64,000 nt of DNA from an uncultured virus (IMG/VR IMGVR_UViG_3300010429_001900) (IMGVR_UViG_3300010429_001900); one strand, 5' to 3'. Shown: positions 18,198 to 27,950, numbered from the stretch's first letter. Translations and numbers: made by a program. The notes: generated by a model from the sequence alone, not told the origin.

Positions 18198-19363
18198 GGG
18201 GTGATTTCCAGGAAGATGCGCAGCCCGGTGAAGCCCGAGCACGACGTCATTGAAAACTTCAGGATGTCGCCGGCCGCGACGGACGTCGTCCAGCCGGTGA
18301 GCACGGTGCTGCTGTACTTGTGGCCGGCCGCGATGTTCGGCGGCGCGGCCGCGACGATCGAGTCACCAGCCCCGGGCGGGTAGCTCGCGTAGACATCCTT
18401 CTTGATGTCGATCACGCACGAGCCTGGCCCGCCCTCGCCGAGCACGACGACCTTGGTGATCGTGCCGGCCCGCGGGCAATGCACGCAGGGCTCGTCGGCG
18501 CCGACCGGGTCGATGGCCGCGCCGCCGCCGGACCAGCTGGCGCCGCGCACGTCGATCGGATCCGGGCCGCCTCCGCCGCCTGCCACGACCGACCCTTCCG
18601 CCGGCGCCAGGCGCCACTCCTCCGCAGCCTCGTCGAAGACGGCCACCGCGCGCACCACGGTGACGGCGCCCGGCGTGTCGTCGACGACGGCGTCCGTCAG
18701 CCACATGTCGCCGAAGCCGACCGTGTGCCCGCCGACCGCGTCCTGCGTCAGCACCAGGCGGTACTCGGCGCCCTCCATCAGGCTGTCGATGTCCTCGATC
18801 ACGCAGTCCTGGTCCACCAGCAACGTGAAGGCGTTCGATGCGCGCCCGTCGATCCACACATTGCCGTCTGCCTCGACCGACAGGTCGACGCTCTGCACCG
18901 TCTGCGCGCCGATCCAGTGGTTCGGCCGCTCGACGATGTCGGCACGGGTCAGCCACGGGCGCGCCGCCAGCGCGGCGATCTCGTCGGCCAGCTCCTGCAC
19001 GCGCCGGGTGAAGAGTGTTCGCTGGTCCGTCAGTGTGCGCTCCAGCTGGCGCATCGCGTTCTCCAGCCCGCTCAAATCGACCGGCTGGCCCGCGGAATCG
19101 GCCGACTCGACGGTCGGCGCGGCGCGGGCCTTCAGCGCAGCGATCTCCGTGTTCAGCGCCTCCAGCCGCTGCGCCAGGTCGCGCTCGGTGACGGCACGCT
19201 CGAAGCCGTCGCCGCGCGCGCCCAGCCGCACCTCGACCCATTCGCGCAGCGCCTCCAGCGCCTGGCGGGCCGCCGGGTCGGCGACGCGCGAGGCCTGCAG
19301 CCCGGGCAGCCGGGCCGGCGCGTTGGCATGCGGGCCGCGCCGCGTGAGCTTGCCGCTGGTCAC
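18194..19363 (-). CDS. Tail protein (coiled coil plus fibre-type modules)
   Basis: EWVEVRLGARGD N-terminus, coiled coil, WIGAQT..LTQDAVGGHTV, C-terminal GSCVIDI..TGWTTSVAAGDILKF. Confidence 0.75.
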   Translation of the reverse strand: MTSGKLTRRGPHANAPARLPGLQASRVADPAARQALEALREWVEVRLGARGDGFERAVTERDLAQRLEALNTEIAALKARAAPTVESADSAGQPVDLSGLENAMRQLERTLTDQRTLFTRRVQELADEIAALAARPWLTRADIVERPNHWIGAQTVQSVDLSVEADGNVWIDGRASNAFTLLVDQDCVIEDIDSLMEGAEYRLVLTQDAVGGHTVGFGDMWLTDAVVDDTPGAVTVVRAVAVFDEAAEEWRLAPAEGSVVAGGGGGPDPIDVRGASWSGGGAAIDPVGADEPCVHCPRAGTITKVVVLGEGGPGSCVIDIKKDVYASYPPGAGDSIVAAAPPNIAAGHKYSSTVLTGWTTSVAAGDILKFSMTSCSGFTGLRIFLEITP

Positions 19364-19403
19364 GCCTTACGGCTCCTGTTTGGTTGCGTCATGACTGTTT
19401 GTT

Positions 19404-20381
19404 CTACGGCCGGCGCGCCCAAGAGACGCGAAGCGTCAACGACAGCTGCTTGGTGCCGATCTTGTTGAAGGTCGGCGAGAACTGGAACTGGTAGACGCCC
19501 AGACTGGACGGCAGGACGACGGACGTGACGTCGCCGATGTTCCCGTAGAGCAAGTCCCAGAAGTGCAGGATGTCCCGCTGGTGGCTGGTGGCCGAGTAGG
19601 CCTGCGGCGAGCCGATCAACGGCCCGTTGTTGGCTGTGCCGGAGGGGGTGCTGGTGATGGCGCCGAGGGTGCCGGCGTAGACGATGGGGTAGTGGGACGG
19701 GTTGGCGCCGATTTGGCTGAGCGGGTAGGGGCACCAGGCGTTGACGCCCGTGACATAAGCCGCGCGCGCCGTGACGGTGTACTCCACGCCGGACATCGTG
19801 AGGGCGAACGTCGTGTCTGTGAGTGGCGGGTACAGGCGCAGCGTGTAGGTCACGTCCAGCACCTCGTCGGACAGGACGGTGACGGTCGTAGGCTCGCCCT
19901 CGCCGTCCAAGACCAAGGCGCGAGACCAGAGCGTCGACCCGGTGGACTCCCAGCCGATGCCGACCTCGCTGATGTTTCCGGCGGCAGCCCCCGTGGCGAA
20001 GCGGTAGGTGGTGGTGTACCAGCCGAAGTACGGCGCGCTTGCCTGCGCGCCGTAGGCGTTGAAGACGGTGTTGTTGGTGGCGGCGACCGGGATGGCGAGG
20101 CTCGTGTCGCCCACGCTCGGCTCGGTAGACCCGCTGCCGGCGCGGCACCACCCAATGATCGCGCCGGTGCCCCAGCGCTCCAGCCCGATGTCGGTGATCA
20201 GGTTGTCGAATTCCGCGAGGAACCGGCGCGACCCGTCCGGGCGCACCGCTTCCATCTTGAAGTGCCCCGAAACGGAGCCGCCCAAGGTGAGCACGGCAGG
20301 CCGGTCGCGCGACCGACGCAAGTCGGAAGAGGGCAGCATCAGCCCATGCTTACGCGAAAACGAGAAGTCGCTCTGGTTCAT
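19404..20381 (-). CDS. Tail structural protein
   Basis: FDNLITDIGLE..G.GSTEP..GNISEVG..LWSRAL..DVTYTLR, a phage tail-protein pattern. Confidence 0.75.
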   Translation of the reverse strand: MNQSDFSFSRKHGLMLPSSDLRRSRDRPAVLTLGGSVSGHFKMEAVRPDGSRRFLAEFDNLITDIGLERWGTGAIIGWCRAGSGSTEPSVGDTSLAIPVAATNNTVFNAYGAQASAPYFGWYTTTYRFATGAAAGNISEVGIGWESTGSTLWSRALVLDGEGEPTTVTVLSDEVLDVTYTLRLYPPLTDTTFALTMSGVEYTVTARAAYVTGVNAWCPYPLSQIGANPSHYPIVYAGTLGAITSTPSGTANNGPLIGSPQAYSATSHQRDILHFWDLLYGNIGDVTSVVLPSSLGVYQFQFSPTFNKIGTKQLSLTLRVSWARRP

Positions 20382-20827
20382 GTAAGGGTTCCTGCAACGA
20401 TGAGGGGCGCCCCGGCGTCGATCGACTCCGGTGCCATGGTGGTGGTGATCAGGATCGTCCGCAGCGAGCCGCTGACGATGACGCCGTCGCCGTCGACAGC
20501 CTCCTGCAGGGACGTCGAGCGCAGAATCTCGCGCAACACGCCAGAGGGAATCACGACAGACGCGTCGATGGCTTCCAGCAAGGCCGTCGACTTCAGGACT
20601 TCGCGCAGCAGGCCGGACACGATCACGGCGTCGGCGGCGTCGAGGCTGTCCACCGGCGGCATCAGGATGCGCATGCGCGACACGACGCCGGCGGCATCCA
20701 GCGCCTCGTCCACCTCGACGGCGTAGGGCCGGCTGGTGAGGACCGCGCTGGTCGGCACGAGATCGCCGAGCGGCGCCGACATCGTAGCGATGCGCCTCGT
20801 GTGCAGGTCGAATCGGTAGATCTTCAT
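20378..20827 (-). CDS. Tail-associated protein
   Basis: TSRPY motif and three (S/E)GxLR repeats; N-terminus MKIYRFDLHTRRIA. Confidence 0.75.
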   Translation of the reverse strand: MKIYRFDLHTRRIATMSAPLGDLVPTSAVLTSRPYAVEVDEALDAAGVVSRMRILMPPVDSLDAADAVIVSGLLREVLKSTALLEAIDASVVIPSGVLREILRSTSLQEAVDGDGVIVSGSLRTILITTTMAPESIDAGAPLIVAGTLT

Positions 20828-21792
20828 GTGGCGCTCAGCTCCGGCGCGCTACCGGCCAGCGTCACGGTCGTGCAGCGCACCGCCGACTCGACCTCGATCT
20901 CCAGCCGCCGCCAGCGGCCCGCGGGGACGCGCGTCGGCGTGCGCGTGGCGGTCGTGATCTCGTGCACCAGCACGTCGTCGCCGTAGAAGCGCAGCGTCAC
21001 CGCCCCGCCAAGGTCGCCATTCACGCGGATCCAGCCGAAGCTCTGGCCGCGGGCCGGCGCCGTCAACCTGGAACGCCAACGTCCGCCCATCAGGGCTCCG
21101 CCGAAGAGCGGGAGCACCTCGCTGCCTCCAGCCGCATACAGCGTGTCCGTCAGCAGCGCGCTGTGCGCCGCCGTGACTTCCCCCTGCTCGACGACCTCGT
21201 CGCTGAGGAACTCGAACTGCATGCGCAGGCCACGGCTCATGCCGAGCCGCCCGATGCGCGTGGTCCCCGAGGGGATCGGGCCGAGCGGCCTTTCGACGCC
21301 GAACCGGTCGCGCTGCTGGCGCTCGAACATCTCGCCGTCGCGCAGGTAGACGAACACGACGTCCGACGCGCCGAGCTGCTTCGGGCGCTTGTCGTCCAGC
21401 GATGCGCGCGGGCTGGTCACACCGGGGAACGAGGTCGTCACCTGCGCGCCTGGCACCGAGTCGTACCAGCGCAGCTTGGCCATGCCGGCGGCCACGTAGG
21501 CCACGGCCGGGCGCATGTTCTGGTCGAAGGTCAGGCTCAGCTCGGTGATGCCCGGGTCGCTGAAAAGCACGATGCCGGGGTCGCCCAGCAGCGCAGCCGC
21601 CTCGGTGGCGATGCGCACGTCGTTGCCGTCGACCCAGGCGCGCCAGGCCTGCACCATCAGCCCGTCGTTCGGGTTGTTCAGCCCGGTGCCGCCCAGCTCG
21701 CGGTCGACCAGCATGTCGTCGCGCTCGATGTCGTCCGGCGGCAGCCACTCGGCCGGCAGGGGTGTCGACGAAAGCAGGTGGTCAGGCAGCAC
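20824..21792 (-). CDS. Tail protein fused to a stabiliser C-terminal module copy
   Basis: MLPDHLLS..ELSLTFDQNMRP..LDDKR..QRDRF, followed by LLTDTLY...VTLAGSAPEL. Confidence 0.75.
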   Translation of the reverse strand: MLPDHLLSSTPLPAEWLPPDDIERDDMLVDRELGGTGLNNPNDGLMVQAWRAWVDGNDVRIATEAAALLGDPGIVLFSDPGITELSLTFDQNMRPAVAYVAAGMAKLRWYDSVPGAQVTTSFPGVTSPRASLDDKRPKQLGASDVVFVYLRDGEMFERQQRDRFGVERPLGPIPSGTTRIGRLGMSRGLRMQFEFLSDEVVEQGEVTAAHSALLTDTLYAAGGSEVLPLFGGALMGGRWRSRLTAPARGQSFGWIRVNGDLGGAVTLRFYGDDVLVHEITTATRTPTRVPAGRWRRLEIEVESAVRCTTVTLAGSAPELSAT

Positions 21793-22213
21793 GCGCGGCC
21801 CCCGCGAGCTTCAGCTCCTCGGCCGATCCGGCCAGCGTCAGCGTCGCCGCCCGGATGTCTCCCTCCAGCTCGACTTCCCACTCGCGCCCGCGGCCCGCCG
21901 GCACGCGCAGCATCACGTCGGCCGCGGCGACCACGCTGTGCAGCAGCGCACCGTCGCGGTACAGCCTCACCGTCACAGCGCCGTCGAAGTCGCCGCCGAC
22001 CATCATCCAGCCGAAGCCCTCGATGTCGTTGCGCACGAACACCGGCGAGCGCCAGATGCCGTCCTGCATGTCGCCACGGTACAGCGGCAGCACGTCCACG
22101 CCATCGGCCAGGTACAGCGTGTCGGTCAGCAGGTCCGGCATCGCCGCGGTGGCCGTCGCGTCGAGCACGGCAATGCGCTTGCTCGCCAGGTCGAAGCGGT
22201 AGGCGATCGTCAA
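21782..22213 (-). CDS. C-terminal part of split tail stabilisation protein
   Basis: YRFDL..LLTDTLY..WRSPVF..LRVPAG..WEVELEG..TLAGSAEEL. Confidence 0.7.
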   Translation of the reverse strand: MTIAYRFDLASKRIAVLDATATAAMPDLLTDTLYLADGVDVLPLYRGDMQDGIWRSPVFVRNDIEGFGWMMVGGDFDGAVTVRLYRDGALLHSVVAAADVMLRVPAGRGREWEVELEGDIRAATLTLAGSAEELKLAGAARAA

Positions 22214-24822
22214 GGCGCCGGCTCCGGCACGAACAGGTGGTACACCCCTTCAGCGAAGGCGCCGAAGCAGTTCGGCAGGTCCAGTGCCTGCCAGTCATCG
22301 CGGTCGAATGCGCCCTGCGTCATCAGCTCGACGCCCTGCGGGCCGGCCAGGCACAGGCCATCCGGGCTGGCGTAGACCACGCCGCCTTCCATGCTGGCGA
22401 TCGTGCGCTTGGAGGCGCAGGCCTGCGTCGACTCCATCTTCTGCAGGCTCATCGACGCGCTGTCGGCGCCGCTGGCGTAGTACGGGTGGCCCTCGGTCAG
22501 CACCACCAGCGTCTGCCCGAACACACCCAGGCCGACGATGTTGAACTCCAGCGGCTGCTGGTACTCCACCGGCCAGGCATGACCCTCGTAGGGCTCGCAG
22601 AAGCACAGCGTCTTGCCGAAGAAGCCGGCCATGATGCCGTTGGGCAGGCCGACCAGGCCGATCAGGTCTTCCGGCGGCTCGGCCCAGGTCATCGTCGGGC
22701 AGGGTTCCTGCAGCTCGCCCTGCGTCAGGCTGTCGCTGTAGGTCAGCACATCCGCGTCGAAGTAGTTGAACTCGCCGTCCTCGATCACCGCATTGGCGGC
22801 ATTCTTGTCGGCGATCAGCTGCCACGCGGCGCCGCTGTTCGTGGTCGAGCTGCGGTACAGCCTCCAGCCGACGATGAAGCGGTCCACCGGCGGCGCAGGC
22901 ACGGTCACCGTGACGCTGTCGTTGCCGTCCAGCTCGAGCAGCACCGACGCCGGGGACACGCCGCTCTCCTCGCCGCGGTCGCTGACCCAGGTGAAGAGGT
23001 AGGCCCGCGTCTCGACCTCGCGCTGCACCTGCGTCGGCAGCGCCGCCTCGACATCGGCGCCGTACTTGGTGCTCACCAGTTGGCGCACCTCGTCGTCGAT
23101 GTCGGCGTAGAACGCGCTGAGCGCGTCCGACGCTGCGGTCGCGCGCCGCACGGCCGTGGCGAAGCCGGCCGCCTTGGAGCTGGCCTCGGTGTTGCTCGCG
23201 CCGTAGCTGGCGATCAACTGCAGCAGGGCCAGCTGCGCGGCCTCCAGGTCTTCGGTCAGGCCGAGTGATGGGGGCGCGGCGCCCTCGTACAGCGCATCGA
23301 CATCGGCGACGATGTCGTCGATCACGTCGTTGTCGAGTAGCTGGCCCGGCGGGTCTTCGGTGTTCTGCAAGCCCTGCAGCGCCGTGGTGAAGGCGGCATC
23401 GTTCAGATCCAGCCCGGCGGCCCGGATGCGCCGCACCGGCACCGCCCACCAGCTCGACCCGCCGTGCGTCACGATGCGCCCGCCCAGCGAAGCGTCCTGC
23501 AGATAGGCCTCGTTGGCGTTGTACATCGCGTACCCGGTGTCGGTCGCGGTCATGCGCGCCAGGTAGGCGTAGTCGCGCGACTCCGTGGTCGGCAGCGCCG
23601 GCGAGGTGGCCGTGCCGTGCGCCAGCCAGTAGCCGATGCCCGCGGCGTCCGGGTCGAGGCCGGTGATCGGCAGCGGCGTCGTGCCTGGAGCGAAGTCCGC
23701 GCCGGCCGGGTAGCGCGCGATGTTGGTCAGCTGGATGTCGGCGACGTTGCCCGACATGTTCTCGCAGATCTTGCTGACCTGCAGCTCCTTGGCCCAGTCC
23801 GCCGACCCGAAGCGCACCCCGTTCATCCAGAACGTCAGGCGCCCGACGCCCATGCCGGCGCCGTCGCTGCAGATCACCAGCCGGCCCCAGGTGTTGGCGG
23901 GCAGGATGACGGCGCCGCCGTCCTTGACGATGCGCTTGGTGCTCCGGAAGGTGGCGTTGTAGCCCATGCGCGCCAGGATGTGGTCGGTGCCGCCGGTCTC
24001 CAGCCGGATCTTGCTGATCGAGTCCTCGAAGCCCTGCGAGTGGATCGTGACGGCCGTCAGGTCATTGGGCAGCCGGATGCGCGCGCTGAGGGTCCAGGCC
24101 ATGCTGGTCTCGATGTCCGGCACGCTCAGGCCATGGTCGGTGCCGAAGGTGAAGATGCCGTACTTCGAGGCGGCGGCGAACGGCCCGTCGGTGGCCGCCG
24201 AGATCGAGGCCGAGCCATGCACGCCAGGGACGACGGCGCGGGGGCCGACGTCGCTGAAGTTGGTGCTCATGGGGAAGTGCCAGACCACGTCCTCGCGGAA
24301 CGGATCCAGGCCGGCCAGGTTCGCCGGCGCGCCAGGCGTCGGCGCCGCCCCTCTCGGCGTGGCGCTGTCGTTGGCCTGGGCCAGCGTGGCGATCTCTCCG
24401 GCCAGGCGAGCGACCTCCTCGTCCGCCTCGTCGGTCGTGAACTCGTCGCTGACCACCAGGTCCGCGGTCGGTGCGGCGGTCGGTGCGGGCACGCCCAGTC
24501 GACGATAGGCGCCGCCCTGCCAGGCCTCCGGGTAGGCCGCGCGGCCCGTCAGGTAGACGCGCTCGAAGCCGGCGTCGTTGATCTGGCCGTTGACGTAGTT
24601 CACGTCCTCGGTCGAACTCAGCCACACGCCCGACGGCGTGCGGAACAACGACTTCGTGCCGGCAGCCACCGCGGCCACCGCAGCGCCCGGGCCGCGCAGG
24701 GGGCGGAAGTCGCCGAAGCGCAGGTCCAGGTTGTGCGCCTCCTGGGCCGACGAGCCGGGCAGCCGGCGCTTCTGCACCGACGGCAGGATGCCGCCGAACT
24801 CGTTGATGTGCAGCACCGACAT
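22210..24822 (-). CDS. Tail tubular/stabilisation protein (P22 gp10-like) with LamG-like insertion
   Basis: FGGILP..LP..AQ.A.N N-terminus; ETRAYLFTWVS..GEES; GLVGLPNGIMAGF..LCFCEPY..HAWP; QACASKRTI. Confidence 0.8.
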   Translation of the reverse strand: MSVLHINEFGGILPSVQKRRLPGSSAQEAHNLDLRFGDFRPLRGPGAAVAAVAAGTKSLFRTPSGVWLSSTEDVNYVNGQINDAGFERVYLTGRAAYPEAWQGGAYRRLGVPAPTAAPTADLVVSDEFTTDEADEEVARLAGEIATLAQANDSATPRGAAPTPGAPANLAGLDPFREDVVWHFPMSTNFSDVGPRAVVPGVHGSASISAATDGPFAAASKYGIFTFGTDHGLSVPDIETSMAWTLSARIRLPNDLTAVTIHSQGFEDSISKIRLETGGTDHILARMGYNATFRSTKRIVKDGGAVILPANTWGRLVICSDGAGMGVGRLTFWMNGVRFGSADWAKELQVSKICENMSGNVADIQLTNIARYPAGADFAPGTTPLPITGLDPDAAGIGYWLAHGTATSPALPTTESRDYAYLARMTATDTGYAMYNANEAYLQDASLGGRIVTHGGSSWWAVPVRRIRAAGLDLNDAAFTTALQGLQNTEDPPGQLLDNDVIDDIVADVDALYEGAAPPSLGLTEDLEAAQLALLQLIASYGASNTEASSKAAGFATAVRRATAASDALSAFYADIDDEVRQLVSTKYGADVEAALPTQVQREVETRAYLFTWVSDRGEESGVSPASVLLELDGNDSVTVTVPAPPVDRFIVGWRLYRSSTTNSGAAWQLIADKNAANAVIEDGEFNYFDADVLTYSDSLTQGELQEPCPTMTWAEPPEDLIGLVGLPNGIMAGFFGKTLCFCEPYEGHAWPVEYQQPLEFNIVGLGVFGQTLVVLTEGHPYYASGADSASMSLQKMESTQACASKRTIASMEGGVVYASPDGLCLAGPQGVELMTQGAFDRDDWQALDLPNCFGAFAEGVYHLFVPEPAP

Positions 24823-24825
24823 CGG

Positions 24826-26058
24826 TCAGGCCTTCCAGGACACCCAGCTGGTGTCGGCGCGCTCTTTCGTCGGCTCGCGCTCCAGGTGCACAGGCGCGCT
24901 GAACGTGATGCCGTGCTGCGGGTGCGTCAGCCACAGCGCCTGGCGCGGCGGCTCGAAGCCGAAGTTGTTCGCGTTGGCGTACTCGTCGTAGCCCTTGAGC
25001 GAGCCGTTGACGATCAGCCGCTGCAACTGGATCAGCTGGTGCCAGTGGCCCATCAGCATGGTGTCGTAGGCCATGCCGATCTGGCCGTTGCGCGAGCGCT
25101 TGCGGTGGTCGCCGCGGATGATCGGGCCGAGCGCGCCGATCATGCCGTCGCCGCCGCGGAACTGGTCGCCGTGCGTCAGCAGGTAGCGATGGCCCATCAC
25201 GCTGTACAGCGCGTCGGGGCCGTCGGGGATGAAGAAGGTGACGCGCTTGTCGCCCTCGAAGTGCTTGGCCAGGAACTGGTACAGAAGCCAGTCGAAGCTG
25301 GTGTAGTTGCGGCCCTTGGCGCGGATCTTGTGCGTGTTGCGTCCATGGTTGCCGCCGACGCACGGGATGAAGACCTTACCGAACTCGTCGACCAGCGCCT
25401 TGATCGCCCACACCAACGCGCCCCAGAGGTCGATCACGATCTTCATGATCTCGGCCTCGTTGGTGGCCATCAGCTCCTCGTGGATGTCGCCCGACACCAT
25501 GTCGCCACCCAGCGCGAAGACGATGCCCGGGTAGCCGCCCTTGGAGCTGATGTGGTTGCGCAGCAGGTCGACAGCCACCTCGACCATCGTGCGCAGCCGC
25601 TCGTGCGCGATGGCGACGTTGAACTGGTTGACGCCGTTGATCTGGCCCGGGTCGACGATCTCGCCCCAGTGGAAGTCGCTGGCGAACAGCGTGGGCACGC
25701 CAGCGCCGTGGAAGGCCTTGGTCGGGCGCATCAGCCATCCAGGCGCCTCGGTCGCGCCAACCGCCTCGGTCAGGCCGATGATCTTGCGCTTGACGTAGTC
25801 GGCGTCCAGGGCTTCGCGGCTGGCGAACTTCAGCTCGGTCTCCAGCTCGCGCACGCGATCGGCCAGCTTGTCCTTCGGATCCACGCCGGCGTCATGCGAC
25901 TGCGGCAGGCGCAGGGCGGCCGCATTCAGCCGCGTCTGCAGGCCGCCGCGGCTGATGCCCAGCGCGCGGGACGCCGCCACCTGGTTGCCGTTGTGCAGAG
26001 CAAGCACGCGCAGCGTCTCGCGCAGCGCGTCGTCGGTGAGCTTCTGTGTTGCGGCCAT
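24826..26058 (-). CDS. Calcineurin-like metallophosphoesterase with N-terminal HTH
   Basis: SDFHWG, GGDMVSG, GNHGR, THGD, GHWH motifs; N-terminal NQVAASRALGISRGGL. Confidence 0.85.
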   Translation of the reverse strand: MAATQKLTDDALRETLRVLALHNGNQVAASRALGISRGGLQTRLNAAALRLPQSHDAGVDPKDKLADRVRELETELKFASREALDADYVKRKIIGLTEAVGATEAPGWLMRPTKAFHGAGVPTLFASDFHWGEIVDPGQINGVNQFNVAIAHERLRTMVEVAVDLLRNHISSKGGYPGIVFALGGDMVSGDIHEELMATNEAEIMKIVIDLWGALVWAIKALVDEFGKVFIPCVGGNHGRNTHKIRAKGRNYTSFDWLLYQFLAKHFEGDKRVTFFIPDGPDALYSVMGHRYLLTHGDQFRGGDGMIGALGPIIRGDHRKRSRNGQIGMAYDTMLMGHWHQLIQLQRLIVNGSLKGYDEYANANNFGFEPPRQALWLTHPQHGITFSAPVHLEREPTKERADTSWVSWKA

Positions 26059-26065
26059 CTGGTCC

Positions 26066-26485
26066 TTAGAGAGGCTTGCGCCAGTAGATCGAGCCCTCCC
26101 CTCCCCAGGGGGAGGACGGCTCGTAGATGCGGTAGCCGCAACGGATCAGCGAATTGGCGCTGGCCGGGTTGCAGTAGGTGTAGGTGATGGCCCAGCGCAT
26201 GCCGAGGCGGCGCGCGTGGCGCTCGCGTACGCGGATCATTCGGGCCTGCAGCCCCAGGCCGCGGGCCTTGGGGATGACGCCGGCGCGCACCAGGTAGACG
26301 GCGTCGACGAACTTCGACGACGGCTGCATGCCGCAGAAGCCGAGCGGCAACTCGGTGTCGTCGCGCATCACCCACCACCAGCCGGCGCCGAACTCGGGGA
26401 ACGCGTCCGACGGGAAGGTGTCCAGGTGCAGCCGCTTGAGCAGCGCGATGTCGTCGGTGCGTTCGATGCTGACGCTGCGGGGCAT
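26066..26485 (-). CDS. GNAT N-acetyltransferase
   Basis: V..KARGLGLQ (motif A), N.ASANSLIRCGY; alternative start at 26494. Confidence 0.85.
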   Translation of the reverse strand: MPRSVSIERTDDIALLKRLHLDTFPSDAFPEFGAGWWWVMRDDTELPLGFCGMQPSSKFVDAVYLVRAGVIPKARGLGLQARMIRVRERHARRLGMRWAITYTYCNPASANSLIRCGYRIYEPSSPWGGEGSIYWRKPL

Positions 26486-26492
26486 GGCTGTC

Positions 26493-26521
26493 ATGCTAGG
26501 AACTTACTGGTGGTTGTGCAA
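26493..26521 (-). promoter_or_regulatory. Sigma70-like promoter for GNAT/phosphoesterase pair
   Basis: TTGCAC-17-TAGCAT in an AT-richer gap. Confidence 0.55.
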
Positions 26522-26536
26522 CTTCCAGTTCTGGCG

Positions 26537-27178
26537 TCAGAAGCCGAAGGTCCGCGGCGCCACGCGCAGCGAGCCTGGCGCGCCGTCGTGCAGCACCTTG
26601 ATGCGCGCCTCGGTCTTGGCGCCGGCGAAGCGCGTGCCGTTGAAGGCGCCCAGTTCCGGGTTGCTCCACGGCTTGCGCGGTTGCAGCATCAGCCTGGCCA
26701 GCGCGCCCTGGATCACGGCCTCGCCGTACGGGGCCATCAGCGCGTCAGGCAGTTCGGTGGCGTCGTCCGTCGGCTCGACCGCGACGCGTAGCAGCAGGGG
26801 CGCGCCGGCGGCCTGCGACGGGATCGGGAACACGCGCACCGAGTCCTCGCCCTGCTGGCTGTTGAACAGCACCGGCTCGGAGCCCGTGGCCGTATGCCAA
26901 CCCGGCAGCGTGCGCGAGATCTCCGCCAGCGTCTTCGGCTTCAGCTCGCGGCCGTTCACCCAGGCCGCCATGACGGCCACGGCCCTGGAGCCCGCCGGCA
27001 CGACGAGCGTGTAGGACGCCTGGTCGTCGACCAGCGGCACGGGGTCTGGGAAGATGTTCCACACCATCGTGTCGCGGCAGAACTCGCCGGCCGATTGGAT
27101 CAGCGCGCGGGCCGCCACCGGGTCCGGGCATTCCGGCGCATCGAGCAGCAACTGCGGGAGGATGTCATCGATCAGCAT
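26537..27178 (-). CDS. Head-tail adaptor protein
   Basis: PECP..A.EFCRDT.VW..GALARLM..P.KPWSNP pattern. Confidence 0.75.
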   Translation of the reverse strand: MLIDDILPQLLLDAPECPDPVAARALIQSAGEFCRDTMVWNIFPDPVPLVDDQASYTLVVPAGSRAVAVMAAWVNGRELKPKTLAEISRTLPGWHTATGSEPVLFNSQQGEDSVRVFPIPSQAAGAPLLLRVAVEPTDDATELPDALMAPYGEAVIQGALARLMLQPRKPWSNPELGAFNGTRFAGAKTEARIKVLHDGAPGSLRVAPRTFGF

Positions 27179-27181
27179 GCG

Positions 27182-27940
27182 TCAGGCCCCGCTCGGGATG
27201 GGCAGCGCGCGCAGCTTCGGGTCGGGCAGACCCATGGCCACGGCCTGCAGGTTGATGCTCGCGACGAACATCTGCGAGAAGCTCGAGGCCAGCTGGCCCG
27301 AGCCGACGAACTCGGCGTCCTTCATGTACGCGCGAGCAATCACGTAGTTCACGACGTCGTCGAGGTACTTGTCGTCGACCGACAGCTTCGTGGTGCTGGC
27401 TCCGCCGGCCGTGTAGTCGCCGGCGGTCGGGATGTCCAGCGGATCGGGCAGCCAGGGCAGCTCGATCCAGACATCGGTTCCGACAGGCGCGCCCGGGCTC
27501 ACGTAGAAGACCTTCGGCGTCTGCGGGTCGTAGACGATCTGCGTCACCGCGGTCGCGGAGCGCGTGTGCCACAGCGGGTCGCCCTGGTCCAGCGCGCTGC
27601 GCTCGACCGTGCGGATGGCGCGGCCCGGCGTCGTGCCGTTGGCGCCCATGTTGCGGATCGGTGCCGACAGCAGGCGGTTGCCGCGCATCGATGCCGAGCC
27701 GTCGCCGGGCAGCAGCCTGGCGGACGGCACGGTCTCGATGGACTGGCGGGTGCCGGCCTCCAGCTTGAAGGCATCCACCCGCGAGCACGAGTGCGGCAGG
27801 TACTTCGCCAGCACGCGCTGCGCGTCGTTCAGTGCGTGGACCAGGGATGTCTGGTCCCAGCGCAGGAACTGCGGGCTCATGTCCTGCAGCTGGTCGCTGA
27901 CGCGCCGCAGCGCCTCGCGCACAAGCGTGGTGGATGCCAT
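27182..27940 (-). CDS. Adaptor protein (DUF6682-like)
   Basis: LQD..RW...L...LNDAQR..GTRQS..YDP..PK.FYV.P..YVIARAYMKDAE. Confidence 0.75.
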   Translation of the reverse strand: MASTTLVREALRRVSDQLQDMSPQFLRWDQTSLVHALNDAQRVLAKYLPHSCSRVDAFKLEAGTRQSIETVPSARLLPGDGSASMRGNRLLSAPIRNMGANGTTPGRAIRTVERSALDQGDPLWHTRSATAVTQIVYDPQTPKVFYVSPGAPVGTDVWIELPWLPDPLDIPTAGDYTAGGASTTKLSVDDKYLDDVVNYVIARAYMKDAEFVGSGQLASSFSQMFVASINLQAVAMGLPDPKLRALPIPSGA

Positions 27941-27950
27941 GGCTCAGGCC

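Noticed and set aside
19393..19440. Promoter upstream of the 389-aa tail gene
   Set aside because: Operator-like copy present but -35/-10 spacing is not plausible
1313..24822. Diversity-generating retroelement or invertible tail cassette
   Set aside because: No reverse transcriptase or invertase, and no TR/VR-like nucleotide repeat seen; the tail duplication is diverged at protein level
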